A stretch of 64,000 nt of DNA from Eledone cirrhosa (taxonomy: Eukaryota): positions 26,970,001 to 27,034,000 of the forward strand of contig OZ024744.1 in the NCBI GenBank assembly GCA_964016885.1, in the 5' to 3' direction. The notes below the pieces were generated by a model. It was not told the DNA's origin and made no database searches. It worked only from the letters and a program-made list of their open reading frames with translations. Positions within the stretch are counted from its first letter, which is position 1, and each line of letters opens with the position of its first letter. Below, piece after piece: positions 21,800 through 34,700 of this stretch. Position numbers and translations under genes: made by a program.

Positions 21800-24700
21800 A
21801 GAAGGGAGGTAACCTTAGGGCAAGGGACACCAGAAGTCTCCACTGTTACGGCTAGGCATCTCAGGGCATTTGGTGGTAAGAAGGGAGGTAACCTTAGGGC
21901 CAGGGACACCAGAAGACTCCACTGTTACGGCTAGGCATCCCAGTGCATGTGGTGGTAAGAAGGGTGGTAACCTTAGGGCCAGGGACACCAGAAGTCTCCA
22001 CTGTTACGGCTAGGCATCTCAGTGCATGTGGTGGTAAGAATGGAGGTAACCTTAGGGCCAAGGACACCAGAAGTCTCCACTGTTACGGCTAGGCATGTCA
22101 GTGCATGTGGTGTTAAGAAGGGAGGTAACCTTAGGGCCAGGGACACCAGAAGTCTCCACTGTTACGGCTAGGCATCTCAGTGCATGTGGTGGTAAGAAGG
22201 GAGGTAACCTTAGGGCAAGGGACACCAGAAGTCTCCACTGTTACGGCTAGGCATCTCAGCGCATTTGGTGGTAAGAAGGGAGGTAACCTTAGGGCCAGGG
22301 ACACCAGAAGACTCCACTGTTACGGCTAGGCATCCCAGTGCATGTGGTGGTAAGAAGGGTGGTAACCTTAGGGCCAGGGACACCAGAAGTCTCCACTGTT
22401 ACGGCTAGGCATCTCAGTCCATGTGGTGGTAAGAAGGGAGGTAATCTTAGGGCCAGGGACACCAGAAGACTCCGCTGTTACGGCTAGTCATCTCAGTGCA
22501 TGTGGTGGTAAGAAGGGAGGTAACCTTAAGGCCAGGGACACCAGAAGTCTCCACTGTTACGGCTAGGCATGTCAGTGCATGTGGTGGTAAGAAGGGAGGT
22601 AACCTTAGGGCCAGGGACACCAGAAGTCTCCACTGTTAGGGCTAGGCATCTCAGTGCATGTGGTGGTAAGAATGGAGGTAACCTTAGGGCCAGGTACACC
22701 AGAAGTCTCCACTGCTACGGCTAGGCATCTCAGTGCATGTGGTGGTAAGAAGGGAGGTAACCTTAGGGCCAGGGACAACAGAAGCCTCCACTGTTACGGC
22801 TAGGCATCTCAGTGCATGTGGTGGTAAGAAGGGAGGTAACATTAGGGCCAGGGACACCGGAAGACCCCTCTGTTACGGCTAGGCATCTCAGTGCATGTGG
22901 TGGTAAGAAGGGAGGTAACCTTAGGGCCAGGGAAACCAGAGGTTTCCACTGTTACGGCTAGGCATCTCAGTGCATGTGGAGGTAAGAAGGGAGGTAACCT
23001 TAGGGCCAGGGACACCAGAAGTCTCCACTGTTACGGCTAGGCATCTCAGTGCATGTGGTGGTAAGAAGGGAGGTAACGTTAGGGCCAGGGACACCAGAAG
23101 TCTCCACTGCTACGGCTAGGCATCTCAGTGCATGTGGAGGTAAGAAGGGAGGTAACCTTAGGGCCAGGGATAGCAGAAGTCTCCACTGCTACGGCTAGGC
23201 AGCTCAGTGCATGTGGTGGTAAGAAGGGAGGTAACCTTAGGGCCAAGGACACCAGAAGTCTCCACTGTTACGTCTAGGCGTCTCAGTGCATGTGGTGGTA
23301 AGAAGGGAGGTAACCTTAGGGCCAGGGACACCAGAAGTCTCCACTGTAACGGCTAGGCATCTCAGTGCATGTGGTGGTAAGAAGGGAGGTAAACTTAGGC
23401 CAGGGACACCAGAAGTCTCCACTGCTACGGCTAGGCATCTCAGTGCATGTGGTGGTAAGAAGGGAGGTAACCTTAGGGCCAGGCACACCAGAAGTCGTCA
23501 CTGTTACGGCTAGGCATCTCAGTGCATGTGGTGGTAAGAAGGGAGGTAACGTAAGGGCCAGAGACACCAGAAGTCTCGACTGCTAAGGCTAGGCATCTCA
23601 GTGCATGTGGTGGTAAGAAGGGAAGTAACCTTAGGGCCAGGGACACCAGAAGTCTCCACAGTTACGGCTAGGCATGTCAGTGCATGTGGTGGTAAGAAGG
23701 GAGGTAACCTTAGGGCCAGGGACACCAGAAGTCTCCACTGTTACGGCTAGGCATCTCAGTGCATGTGGTGGTAAGAAGGGAGGTAACATTAGGGCCAGGG
23801 ACACCAGAAGACTACACTGTTACGGCTAGGCATCTCAGTGCATGTGGTGGTAAGAAGGGAGGTAACCTTAGGGCAAGGGACACCAGAAGTCTCCACTGTT
23901 ACGGCTAGGCATCTCAGGGCATTTGGTGGTAAGAAGGGAGGTAACCTTAGGGCCAGGGACACCAGAAGACTCCACTGTTACGGCTAGGCATCCCAGTGCA
24001 TGTGGTGGTAAGAAGGGTGGTAACCTTAGGGCAAGGGACACCAGAAGTCTCCACTGTTACGGCTAGGCATCTCAGTGCATGTGGTGGTAAGAATGGAGGT
24101 AACCTTAGGGCCAAGGACACCAGAAGTCTCCACTGTTACGGCTAGGCATGTCAGTGCATGTGGTGTTAAGAAGGGAGGTAACCTTAGGGCCAGGGACACC
24201 AGAAGTCTCCACTGTTACGGCTAGGCATCTCAGTGCATGTGGTGGTAAGAAGGGAGGTAACCTTAGGGCAAGGGACACCAGAAGTCTCCACTGTTACGGC
24301 TAGGCATCTCAGGGCATTTAGTGGTAAGAAGGGAGGTAACCTTAGGGCCAGGGACACCAGAAGACTCCACTGTTACGGCTAGGCATCCCAGTGCATGTGG
24401 TGGTAAGAATGGTGGTAACCTTAGGGCCAGGGACACCAGAAGTCTCCACTGTTACGGCTAGGCATCTCAGTCCATGTGGTGGTAAGAAGGGAGGTAATCT
24501 TAGGGCCAGGGACACCAGACGACTCCGCTGTTACGGCTAGTCATCTCAGTGCATGTGGTGGTAAGAAGGGAGGTAACCTTAAGGCCAGGGACACCAGAAG
24601 TCTCCACTGTTACGGCTAGGCATGTCAGTGCATGTGGTGGTAAGAAGGGAGGTAACCTTAGGGCCAGGGACACCAGAAGTCTCCACTGTTAGGGCTAGGC

Positions 24701-25245
24701 ATCTCAGTGCATGTGGTGGTAAGAATGGAGGTAACCTTAGGGCCAGGTACACCAGAAGTCTCCACTGCTACGGCTAGGCATCTCAGTGCATGTGGTGGTA
24801 AGAAGGGAGGTAACCTTAGGGCCAGGGACAACAGAAGCCTCCACTGTTACGGCTAGGCATCTCAGTGCATGTGGTGGTAAGAAGGGAGGTAACATTAGGG
24901 CCAGGGACACCGGAAGACCCCTCTGTTACGGCTAGGCATCTCAGTGCATGTGGTGGTAAGAAGGGAGGTAACCTTAGGGCCAGGGAAACCAGAGGTTTCC
25001 ACTGTTACGGCTAGGCATCTCAGTGCAGGTGGAGGTAAGAAGGGAGGTAACCTTAGGGCCAGGGACACCAGAAGTCTCCACTGTTACGGCTAGGCATCTC
25101 AGTGCATGTGGTGGTAAGAAGGGAGGTAACGTTAGGGCCAGGGACACCAGAAGTCTCCACTGCTACGGCTAGGCATCTCAGTGCATGTGGAGGTAAGAAG
25201 GGAGGTAACCTTAGGGCCAGGGATAGCAGAAGTATCCACTGCTAC
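21800..25245 (+). repeat. 26-monomer (2053-bp offset) duplication: about 21800..23190 recurs at about 23850..25245
   Basis: Shared markers at offset 2053: CAAGGGACAC 21821/23874, AATGGAG..GGTACACC 22671/24724, CCGGAAGACCCCTCT, AGAGGTTTCC, and TAGCAG 23171/25224. Confidence 0.88.
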
Positions 25246-27810
25246 GGCGAGGCATCTCAGTGCATGTGGTGGTAAGAAGGGGGATAACCTTAGGGCCAAG
25301 GACACCAGAAGTCTCCACTGTTACGGCTAGGCATCTCAGTGCATGTGAATGTAAGAAGGGAGGTAACCTTAAGGCCAATGACACCAGAAGTCTCCACTGT
25401 TACGGCTAGGCATGTCAGTGCATGTGGTGGTAAGAAGGAAGTAACCTTAGGGCCAGGGACACCAGAAGTCTCCACTGCTACGGCTAGGCATCTCAGTGCA
25501 TGTGGTGGTAAGAAGGGAGGTAACCTTAGGGCCAGGGACACCAGAAGTCTCCACTGTTACGGACAGGCATCTCAGTGCATGTGGTGGTAAGAAGGGGGGT
25601 AACCTTAGGGCCAAGGACACCAGAAGTCTCCACTGTTACGGCTAGGCATCTCAGTGCATGTGGTGGTAAGAAGGGAAGTAACCTTAGGGCCAGGGACACC
25701 AGAAGTCTCCACAGTTACGGCTAGGCATGTCAGTGCATGTGGTGGTAAGAAGGGAGGTAACCTTAGGGCCAGGGACACCAGAAGTCTCCACTGTTACGGC
25801 TAGGCATCTCAGTGCATGTGGTGGTAAGAAGGGAGGTAACATTAGGGCCAGGGACACCAGAAGACTACACTGTTACGGCTAGGCATCTCAGTGCATGTGG
25901 TGGTAAGAAGGGAGGTAACCTTAGGGCCAGGGACACCAGAAGTCTCCACTGTTACGGCTAGGCATTTCAGTGCATGTGGAGGTAAGAAGGGGGGTAACCT
26001 TAGGGCCAAGGACACCAGAAGTCTCCACTGCTACGGCTAGGCATCTCAGTGCATGTGGTGGTAAGAAGGGAGGTAACCCTAGGTCCAGGAACACCAGAAG
26101 TCTCCACTGTTAAGGCTAGGCATCTCAGTGCATGTGGATGTAAGAAGGGAGGTAACCTTAGGACCATGGACACCAGAAGACTCCACTGTTACGGCTAGGC
26201 ATCTCAGTGCATGTGGTGGTAAGAAGGGAGGTAACCATATGGCCAAGGTCACCAGAAGTCACCACTGCTACGGCTAGGCATCTCAGTGCATGTGGTGGTA
26301 AGAAGGGAGGTAACCTTAGGGCCAGGGACACCAGAAGTCCCCACTGTTACGGCTAGGCATCTCAGTGCATGTGGTGGTAAGAAAGGAGGTAACCTTAGGG
26401 CAAGGGACACCAGAAGTCTCCACTGTTACGGCTAGGCATCTCAGTGCATGTGGTGGTAAGAAGGGAGGTAACCTTAGGGCCAGGGACACCAGAAGACTCC
26501 GCTGTTACGGCTAGTCATCTCAGTGCATCTGGTGGTAAGAAGGGAGGTAACCTTAAGGCCAGGGACACCAGAAGTCTCCACTGTTACGGCTAGGCATGTC
26601 AGTGCATGTGGTGGTAAGAAGGGAGGTAACCTTAGGGCCAGGGACACCAGAAGTCACCACTGTTACGGCTAGGCATCTCAGTGCATGTGGTGGTAAGAAG
26701 GGAGGTAACCTTAGGGCCAAGGACACCAGAAGACTCCACTGTTACGGCTAGGCATCTCAGTGCATGTGGTGGTAAGAAGGGAGGTAACCTTAGGGCCAAG
26801 GAAACCAGAAGTCTCCACTGCTACCGCTAGGCATCTCAGTGCATGTGGTGGTAAGAAAGGAGGTAACCTTAGGGCCAGGGACACCATAAGTCTCCACTAC
26901 TACGGCTAGGCATCTCAGTGCATGTGGTGGTAAGAAAGGAGGTAACCTTAGGGCCAGGGACACCAGAAGACTTCACTGTTACGGCTAGGCATCTCAATGC
27001 ATGTGGTGGTAAGAAGGGAGGTAACCTTATGGGCCAAGGACAGCAGAAGTATCCACTGCTACGGCGAGGCATCTCAGTGCATGTGGTGGTAAGAAGGGGG
27101 ATAACCTTAGGGCCAAGGACACCAGAAGTCTCCACTGTTACGGCTAGGCATCTCAGTGCATGTGAATGTAAGAAGGGAGGTAACCTTAAGGCCAAGGACA
27201 CCAGAAGTCTCCACTTTTACGGCTAGGCATGTCAGTGCATGTGGTGGTAAGAAGGAAGTAACCTTAGGGCCAGGGACACCAGAAGTCTCCACTGCTACGG
27301 CTAGGCATCTCAGTGCATGTGGTGGTAAGAAGGGAGGTAACCTTAGGGCCAGGGACACCAGAAGTCTCCACTGTTACGGACAGGCATCTCAGTGCATGTG
27401 GTGGTAAGAAGGGGGGTAACCTTAGGGCCAAGGACACCAGAAGTCTCCACTGTTACGGCTAGGCATCTCAGTGCATGTGGTGGTAAGAAGGGAGGTAACC
27501 TTAGGGCCAAGGACACCAGAAGACTCCACTGTTACGGCTAGGCATCTCAGTGCATGTGGTGGTAAGATGGGAGGTAACCTTAGGGCCAAGGACACCAGAA
27601 GTCTCCACTGCTACCGCTAGGCATCTCAGTGCATGTGGTGGTAAGGAGGGAGGTAACCTTAGGGACAGGGACACCAGAAGACTCCACTGTTACGGCTAGG
27701 CATCTCAGTGCATGTGGTGGTAAGAAGGGAGGTAACGTAAGGGCCAGAGACACCAGAAGTCTCGACTGCTAACGCTAGGCATCTCAGTGCATGTGGTGGT
27801 AAGAAGGAAA

Positions 27811-30800
27811 GTAACCTTAGGGCCAGGGACACCAGAAGTCTCCACTGCTACGGCTAGGCATCTCAGTGCATGTGGTGGTAAGAAGGGAGGTAACCTTAGG
27901 GCCAGGCACACCAGAAGTCGTCACTGTTACGGCTAGGCATCTCAGTGCATGTGGTGGTAAGAAGGGAGGTAACGTAAGGGCCAGAGACACCAGAAGTCTC
28001 GACTGCTAAGGCTAGGCATCTCAGTGCATGTGGTGGTAAGAAGGGAGGTAACCTTAGGGCCAAGGACACCAGAAGTCTCCACTGTTACGGCTAGGCATGT
28101 CAGTGCATGTGGTGTTAAGAAGGGAGGTAACCTTAGGGCCAGGGACACCAGAAGTCTCCACTGTTACGGCTAGGCATCTCAGTGCATGTGGTGGTAAGAA
28201 GGGAGGTAACCTTAGGGCAAGGGACACCAGAAGTCTCCACTGTTACGGCTAGGCATCTCAGGGCATTTGGTGGTAAGAAGGGAGGTAACCTTAGGGACAG
28301 GGACACCAGAAGACTCCACTGTTACGGCTAGGCATCCCAGTGCATGTGGTGGTAAGAAGGGTGGTAACCTTAGGGCCAGGGACACCAGAAGTCTCCACTG
28401 TTACGGCTAGGCATCTCAGTCCATGTGGTGGTAAGAAGGGAGGTAACCTTAGGGCCAGGGACACCAGAAGACTCCGCTGTTACTGCTAGTCATCTCAGTG
28501 CATGTGGTGGTAAGAAGGGAGGTAACCTTAAGGCCAGGGACACCAGAAGTCTCCACTGTTACGGCTGGGCATGTCAGTGCATGTGGTGGTAAGAAGGGAG
28601 GTAACCTTAGGGCCAGGGACACCAGAAGTCTCCACTGTTAGGGCTAGGCATCTCAGTGCATGTGGTGGTAAGAATGGAGGTAACCTTAGGGCCAGGTACA
28701 CCAGAAGTCTCCACTGCTACGGCTAGGCATCTCAGTGCATGTGGTGGTAAGAAGGGAGGTAACCTTAGGGCCAGGGACAACAGAAGCCTCCAATGTTACG
28801 GCTAGGCATCTCAGTGCATGTGGTGGTAAGAAGGGAGGTAACATTAGGGCCAGGGACACCGGAAGACCCCACTGTTACGGCTAGGCATCTCAGTGCATGT
28901 GGTGGTAAGAAGGGAGGTAACCTTAGGGCCAGGGAAACCAGAAGTTTCCACTGTTACGGCTAGGCATCTCAGTGCATGTGGAGGTAAGAAGGGAGGTAAC
29001 CTTAGGGCCAGGGACACCAGAAGTCTCCACAGTTACGGCTAGGCATGTCAGTGCATGTGGTGATAAGAAGGGAGGTAACGTTAGGGCCAGGGACACCAGA
29101 AGTCTCCACTGCTACGGCTAGGCATCTCAGTGCATGTGGTGGTAAGAATGGAGGTAACCTTAGGGCAAGGGACACCAGAAGTCTCCACTGTTAAGGCTAG
29201 GCATCTCAGGGCATTTGGTGGTAAGAAGGGAGGTAACCTTAGGGCCAGGGACACCAGAAGACTCCACTGTTACGGCTAGGCATCCCAGTGCATGTGGTGG
29301 TAAGAAGGGTGGTAACCTTAGGGCCAGGGACACCAGAAGTCTCCACTGTTACTGCTAGTCATCTCAGTGCATGTGGTGGTAAGAAGGGAGGTAATCTTAG
29401 GGCCAGGGACACCAGAAGACTCCGCTGTTACGGCTAGTCATCTCAGTGCATGTGGTGGTAAGAAGGGAGGTAACCTTAAGGCCAGGGACACCAGAAGTCT
29501 CCACTGTTACGGCTAGGCATGTCAGTGCATGTGGTGGTAAGAAGGGAGGTAACCTTAGGGCCAGGGACACCAGAAGTCTCCACTGCTACGGCTAGGCATC
29601 TCAGTGCATGTGGTGGTAAGAAGGGAGGTAACCTTAGGGCCAGGCACACCAGAAGTCGTCACTGTTACGGCTAGGCATCTCAGTGCATGTGGTGGTAAGA
29701 AGGGAGGTAACGTAAGGGCCAGAGACACCAGAAGTCTCGACTGCTAAGGCTAGGCATCTCAGTGCATGTGGTGGTAAGAAGGGAGGTAACCTTAGGGCCA
29801 AGGACACCAGAAGTCTCCACTGTTACGGCTAGGCATGTCAGTGCATGTGGTGTTAAGAAGGGAGGTAACCTTAGGGCCAGGGACACCAGAAGTCTCCACT
29901 GTTACGGCTAGGCATCTCAGTGCATGTGGTGGTAAGAAGGGAGGTAACCTTAGGGCAAGGGACACCAGAAGTCTCCACTGTTACGGCTAGGCATCTCAGG
30001 GCATTTGGTGGTAAGAAGGGAGGTAACCTTAGGGACAGGGACACCAGAAGACTCCACTGTTACGGCTAGGCATCCCAGTGCATGTGGTGGTAAGAAGGGT
30101 GGTAACCTTAGGGCCAGGGACACCAGAAGTCTCCACTGTTACGGCTAGGCATCTCAGTCCATGTGGTGGTAAGAAGGGAGGTAACCTTAGGGCCAGGGAC
30201 ACCAGAAGACTCCGCTGTTACTGCTAGTCATCTCAGTGCATGTGGTGGTAAGAAGGGAGGTAACCTTAAGGCCAGGGACACCAGAAGTCTCCACTGTTAC
30301 GGCTGGGCATGTCAGTGCATGTGGTGGTAAGAAGGGAGGTAACCTTAGGGCCAGGGACACCAGAAGTCTCCACTGTTAGGGCTAGGCATCTCAGTGCATG
30401 TGGTGGTAAGAATGGAGGTAACCTTAGGGCCAGGTACACCAGAAGTCTCCACTGCTACGGCTAGGCATCTCAGTGCATGTGGTGGTAAGAAGGGAGGTAA
30501 CCTTAGGGCCAGGGACAACAGAAGCCTCCAATGTTACGGCTAGGCATCTCAGTGCATGTGGTGGTAAGAAGGGAGGTAACATTAGGGCCAGGGACACCGG
30601 AAGACCCCACTGTTACGGCTAGGCATCTCAGTGCATGTGGTGGTAAGAAGGGAGGTAACCTTAGGGCCAGGGAAACCAGAAGTTTCCACTGTTACGGCTA
30701 GGCATCTCAGTGCATGTGGAGGTAAGAAGGGAGGTAACCTTAGGGCCAGGGACACCAGAAGTCTCCACAGTTACGGCTAGGCATGTCAGTGCATGTGGTG

Positions 30801-31323
30801 ATAAGAAGGGAGGTAACGTTAGGGCCAGGGACACCAGAAGTCTCCACTGCTACGGCTAGGCATCTCAGTGCATGTGGTGGTAAGAATGGAGGTAACCTTA
30901 GGGCAAGGGACACCAGAAGTCTCCACTGTTAAGGCTAGGCATCTCAGGGCATTTGGTGGTAAGAAGGGAGGTAACCTTAGGGCCAGGGACACCAGAAGAC
31001 TCCACTGTTACGGCTAGGCATCCCAGTGCATGTGGTGGTAAGAAGGGTGGTAACCTTAGGGCCAGGGACACCAGAAGTCTCCACTGTTACTGCTAGTCAT
31101 CTCAGTGCATGTGGTGGTAAGAAGGGAGGTAATCTTAGGGCCAGGGACACCAGAAGACTCCGCTGTTACGGCTAGTCATCTCAGTGCATGTGGTGGTAAG
31201 AAGGGAGGTAACCTTAAGGCCAGGGACACCAGAAGTCTCCACTGTTACGGCTAGGCATGTCAGTGCATGTGGTGGTAAGAAGGGAGGTAACCTTAGGGCC
31301 AGGGACACCAGAAGTCTCCACTG
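27811..31323 (+). repeat. Tandem 22-monomer (1738-bp) duplication, essentially identical copies
   Basis: ORF pair 27942/29680. Rare variants repeat at +1738: TACTGCTAGT 28481/30219, ACGGCTGGGC 28561/30299, TGATAAG 29061/30799. Mismatch resumes at 29586/31324. Confidence 0.92.
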
Positions 31324-31759
31324 TTAGGGCTAGGCATCTCAGTGCATGTGGTGGTAAGAATGGAGGTAACCTTAGGGCCAGGTACACCAGAAGTCTCCAC
31401 TGCTACGGCTAGGCATCTCAGTGCATGTGGTGGTAAGAAGGGAGGTAACCTTAGGGCCAGGGACAACAGAAGTCTCCACTGTTACGTCTAGGCGTCTCAG
31501 TGCATGTGGTGGTAAGAAGGGAGGTAACCTTAGGGCCAGGGACACCAGAAGTCTCCACTGTAACGGCTAGGCATCTCAGTGCATGTGGTGGTAAGAAGGG
31601 AGGTAAACTTAGGCCAGGGACACCAGAAGTCTCCACTGCTACGGCTAGGATTCTCAGTGCATGTGGTGGTAAGAAGGGAGGTAACCTTAGGGCCAGGCAC
31701 ACCAGAAGTCGTCACTGTTACGGCTAGGCATCTCAGTGCATGTGGTGGTAAGAAGGGAG

Positions 31760-34700
31760 GTAACCTTAGGGCCAAGGACACCAGGAGTCTCCACTGCTAC
31801 CGCTAGGCATCTCAGTGCATGTGGTGGTAAGGAGGGAGGTAACCTTAAGGCGAGGGACACCAGAAGACTCCACTGTTACGGCTAGGCATCTCAGTGCATG
31901 TGGTGGTAATTTGGAGGTAACCATATGGCCAAGGTCACCAGAAGTCACCACTGCTACGGCTAGGCATCTCAGTGCATGTGGTGGTAAGAAGGGAGGTAAC
32001 CTTAGGACCATGGACACCAGAAGACTCCACTGTTACGGCTAGGCATCTCAGTGCATGTGGTGGTAAGAAGGGAGGTAACCATATGGCCAAGGTCACCAGA
32101 AGTCACCACTGCTACGGCTAGGCATTTCAGTGCATGTGGTGGTAAGAAGGGAGGTAACCTTAGGGCCAGGGACACCAGAAGTCCCCACTGTTACGGCTAG
32201 GCATCTCAGTGCATGTGGTGGTAAGAAAGGAGGTAACCTTAGGGCAAGGGACACCAGAAGTCTCCACTGTTACGGCTAGGCATCTCAGTGCATGTGGTGG
32301 TAAGAAGGGAGGTAACCTTAGGGCCAGGGACACCAGAAGACTCCGCTGTTACGGGTAGTCATCTCAGTGCATCTGGTGGTAAGAAGGGAGGTAACCTTAA
32401 GGCCAGGGACACCAGAAGTCTCCACTGTTACGGCTAGGCATGTCAGTGCATGTGGTGGTAAGAAGGGAGGTAACCTTAGGGCCAGGGACACCAGAAGTCA
32501 CCACTGTAAAGGCTAGGCATCTCAGTGCATGTGGTGGTAAGAAGGGAGGTAACCTTAGGGCCAAGGACACCAGAAGACTCCACTGTTACGGCTAGGCATC
32601 TCAGTGCATGTGGTGGTAAGAAGGGAGGTAACCTTAGGGCCAAGGAAACCAGAAGTCTCCACTGCTACCGCTAGGCATCTCAGTGCATGTGGTGGTAAGG
32701 AGGGAGGTAACCTTAGGGCCAGGGACACCAGAAGACTCCACTGTTACGGCTAGGCATCTCAGTGCATGTGGTGGTAAGAAGGGAGGTAACCATATGGCCA
32801 AGGTCACCAGAAGTCACCACTGCAACGGCTAGGCATCTCAGTGCATGTGGTGGTAAGAAGGGAGGTAACCTTAGGGCCAGGGACACCAGAAGTCTCCACT
32901 GTAACGGCTAGGCATCTCAGTGCATGTGGTGGTAAGAAGGGAGGTAAACTTAGGGCCAAGGACACCAGAAGTCTCCACTGTTACGGCTAGGCATCTCAGT
33001 GCATGTGGTGGTAAGAAGGGAGGTAACCTTAGGGCCAAGGACACCAGAAGTCCCCACTGCTACGGCTAGGCATCTCAGTGCATGTGGTGGTAAGAAAGGA
33101 GGTAACCTTAGGGCCAGGGACACCATAAGTCTCCACTACTACGGCTAGGCATCTCAGTGCATGTGGTGGTAAGAAAGGAGGTAACCTTAGGGCCAGGGAC
33201 ACCAGAAGACTTCACTGTTACGGCTAGGCATCTCAATGCATGTGGTGGTAAGAAGGGAGGTAACCTTATGGGCCAAGGACAGCAGAAGTATCCACTGCTA
33301 CGGCGAGGCATCTCAGTGCATGTGGTGGTAAGAAGGGGGGTAACCTTAGGGCCAAGGACACCAGAAGTCTCCACTGTTACGGCTAGGCATCTCAGTGCAT
33401 GTGAATGTAAGAAGGGAGGTAACCTTAGGGCCAAGGACACCAGAAGTCTCCACTGTTACGGCTAGGCATGTCAGTGCATGTGGTGGTAAGAAGGAAGTAA
33501 CCTTAGGGCCAGGGACACCAGAAGTCTCCACTGCTACGGCTAGGCATCTCAGTGCATGTGGTGGTAAGAAGGGAGGTAACCTTAGGGCCAGGGACACCAG
33601 AAGACTCCACTGTTACGGACAGGCATCTCAGTGCATGTGGTGGTAAGAAGGGGGGTAACCTTAGGGCCAAGGACACCAGAAGTCTCCACTGTTACGGCTA
33701 GGCATCTCAGTGCATGTGGTGGTAACAAGGGAGGTAACCTTAGGGCCAAGGACACCAGAAGACTCCACTGTTACGGCTAGGCATCTCAGTGCATGTGGTG
33801 GTAAGATGGTAGGTAACCTTAGGGCCAAGGACACCAGAAGTCTCCACTGCTACCGCTAGGCATCTCAGTGCATGTGGTGGTAAGGAGGGAGGTAACCTTA
33901 GGGACAGGGACACCAGAAGACTCCACTGTTACGGCTAGGCATCTCAGTGCATGTGGTGGTAAGAAGGGAGGTAACCATATGGCCAAGGTCACCAGAAGTC
34001 ACCACTGCTACGGCTATGCATCTCAGTGCATGTGAATGTAAGAAGGGAGGTAACCTTAGGGCCAGGGACACCAGAAGTCTCCACTGTTACGGCTAGGCAT
34101 CTCAGTGCATGTGGTGGTAAGAAGGGAGATAACCTTGGGGCCAGGGACACCAGAAGTCTCCACTGTTACGGCTAGGCATCTCAGTGCATGTGGTGGTAAG
34201 AAGGAAGTAACCTTAGGGCCAGGGACATCAGAAGACGCCACTGTTACGGCTAGGCATCTCAGTGAATGTGGTGGTAAGAAGGGAGGTAACCTTAGGGTTT
34301 GGGACACCAGAAGTCTCCACTGCTACGGCCAGGCATCTCAGTGCATGTGGTGGTAAGAAGGGAGGTAACCTTAGGGCCAAGGACACCAGAAGACTTCACT
34401 GTTACGGCTAGGCATCTCAGTGCATGTGGTGGTAAGAAGGGAGGTAACCTTAGGGCCAAGGACAGCAGAAGTCTCCACTGCTACGGCGAGGCATATCAGT
34501 GCATGTGGTGGTAAGAAAGGAGGTAACCTTAGGTCCAAGGACACCAGAAGCCTCCACTGTTACGACTAGGCATGTCAGTGCATGTGGTGGTAAGAAAGCA
34601 GGTAACCTTAGGGCCAGGGACACCAGAAGTCTCCACTGCTACGGCTAGGCATCTCAGTGCATGTGGTGGTAAGAAGGGAGGTAACCTTAGGGCCAGGGAC

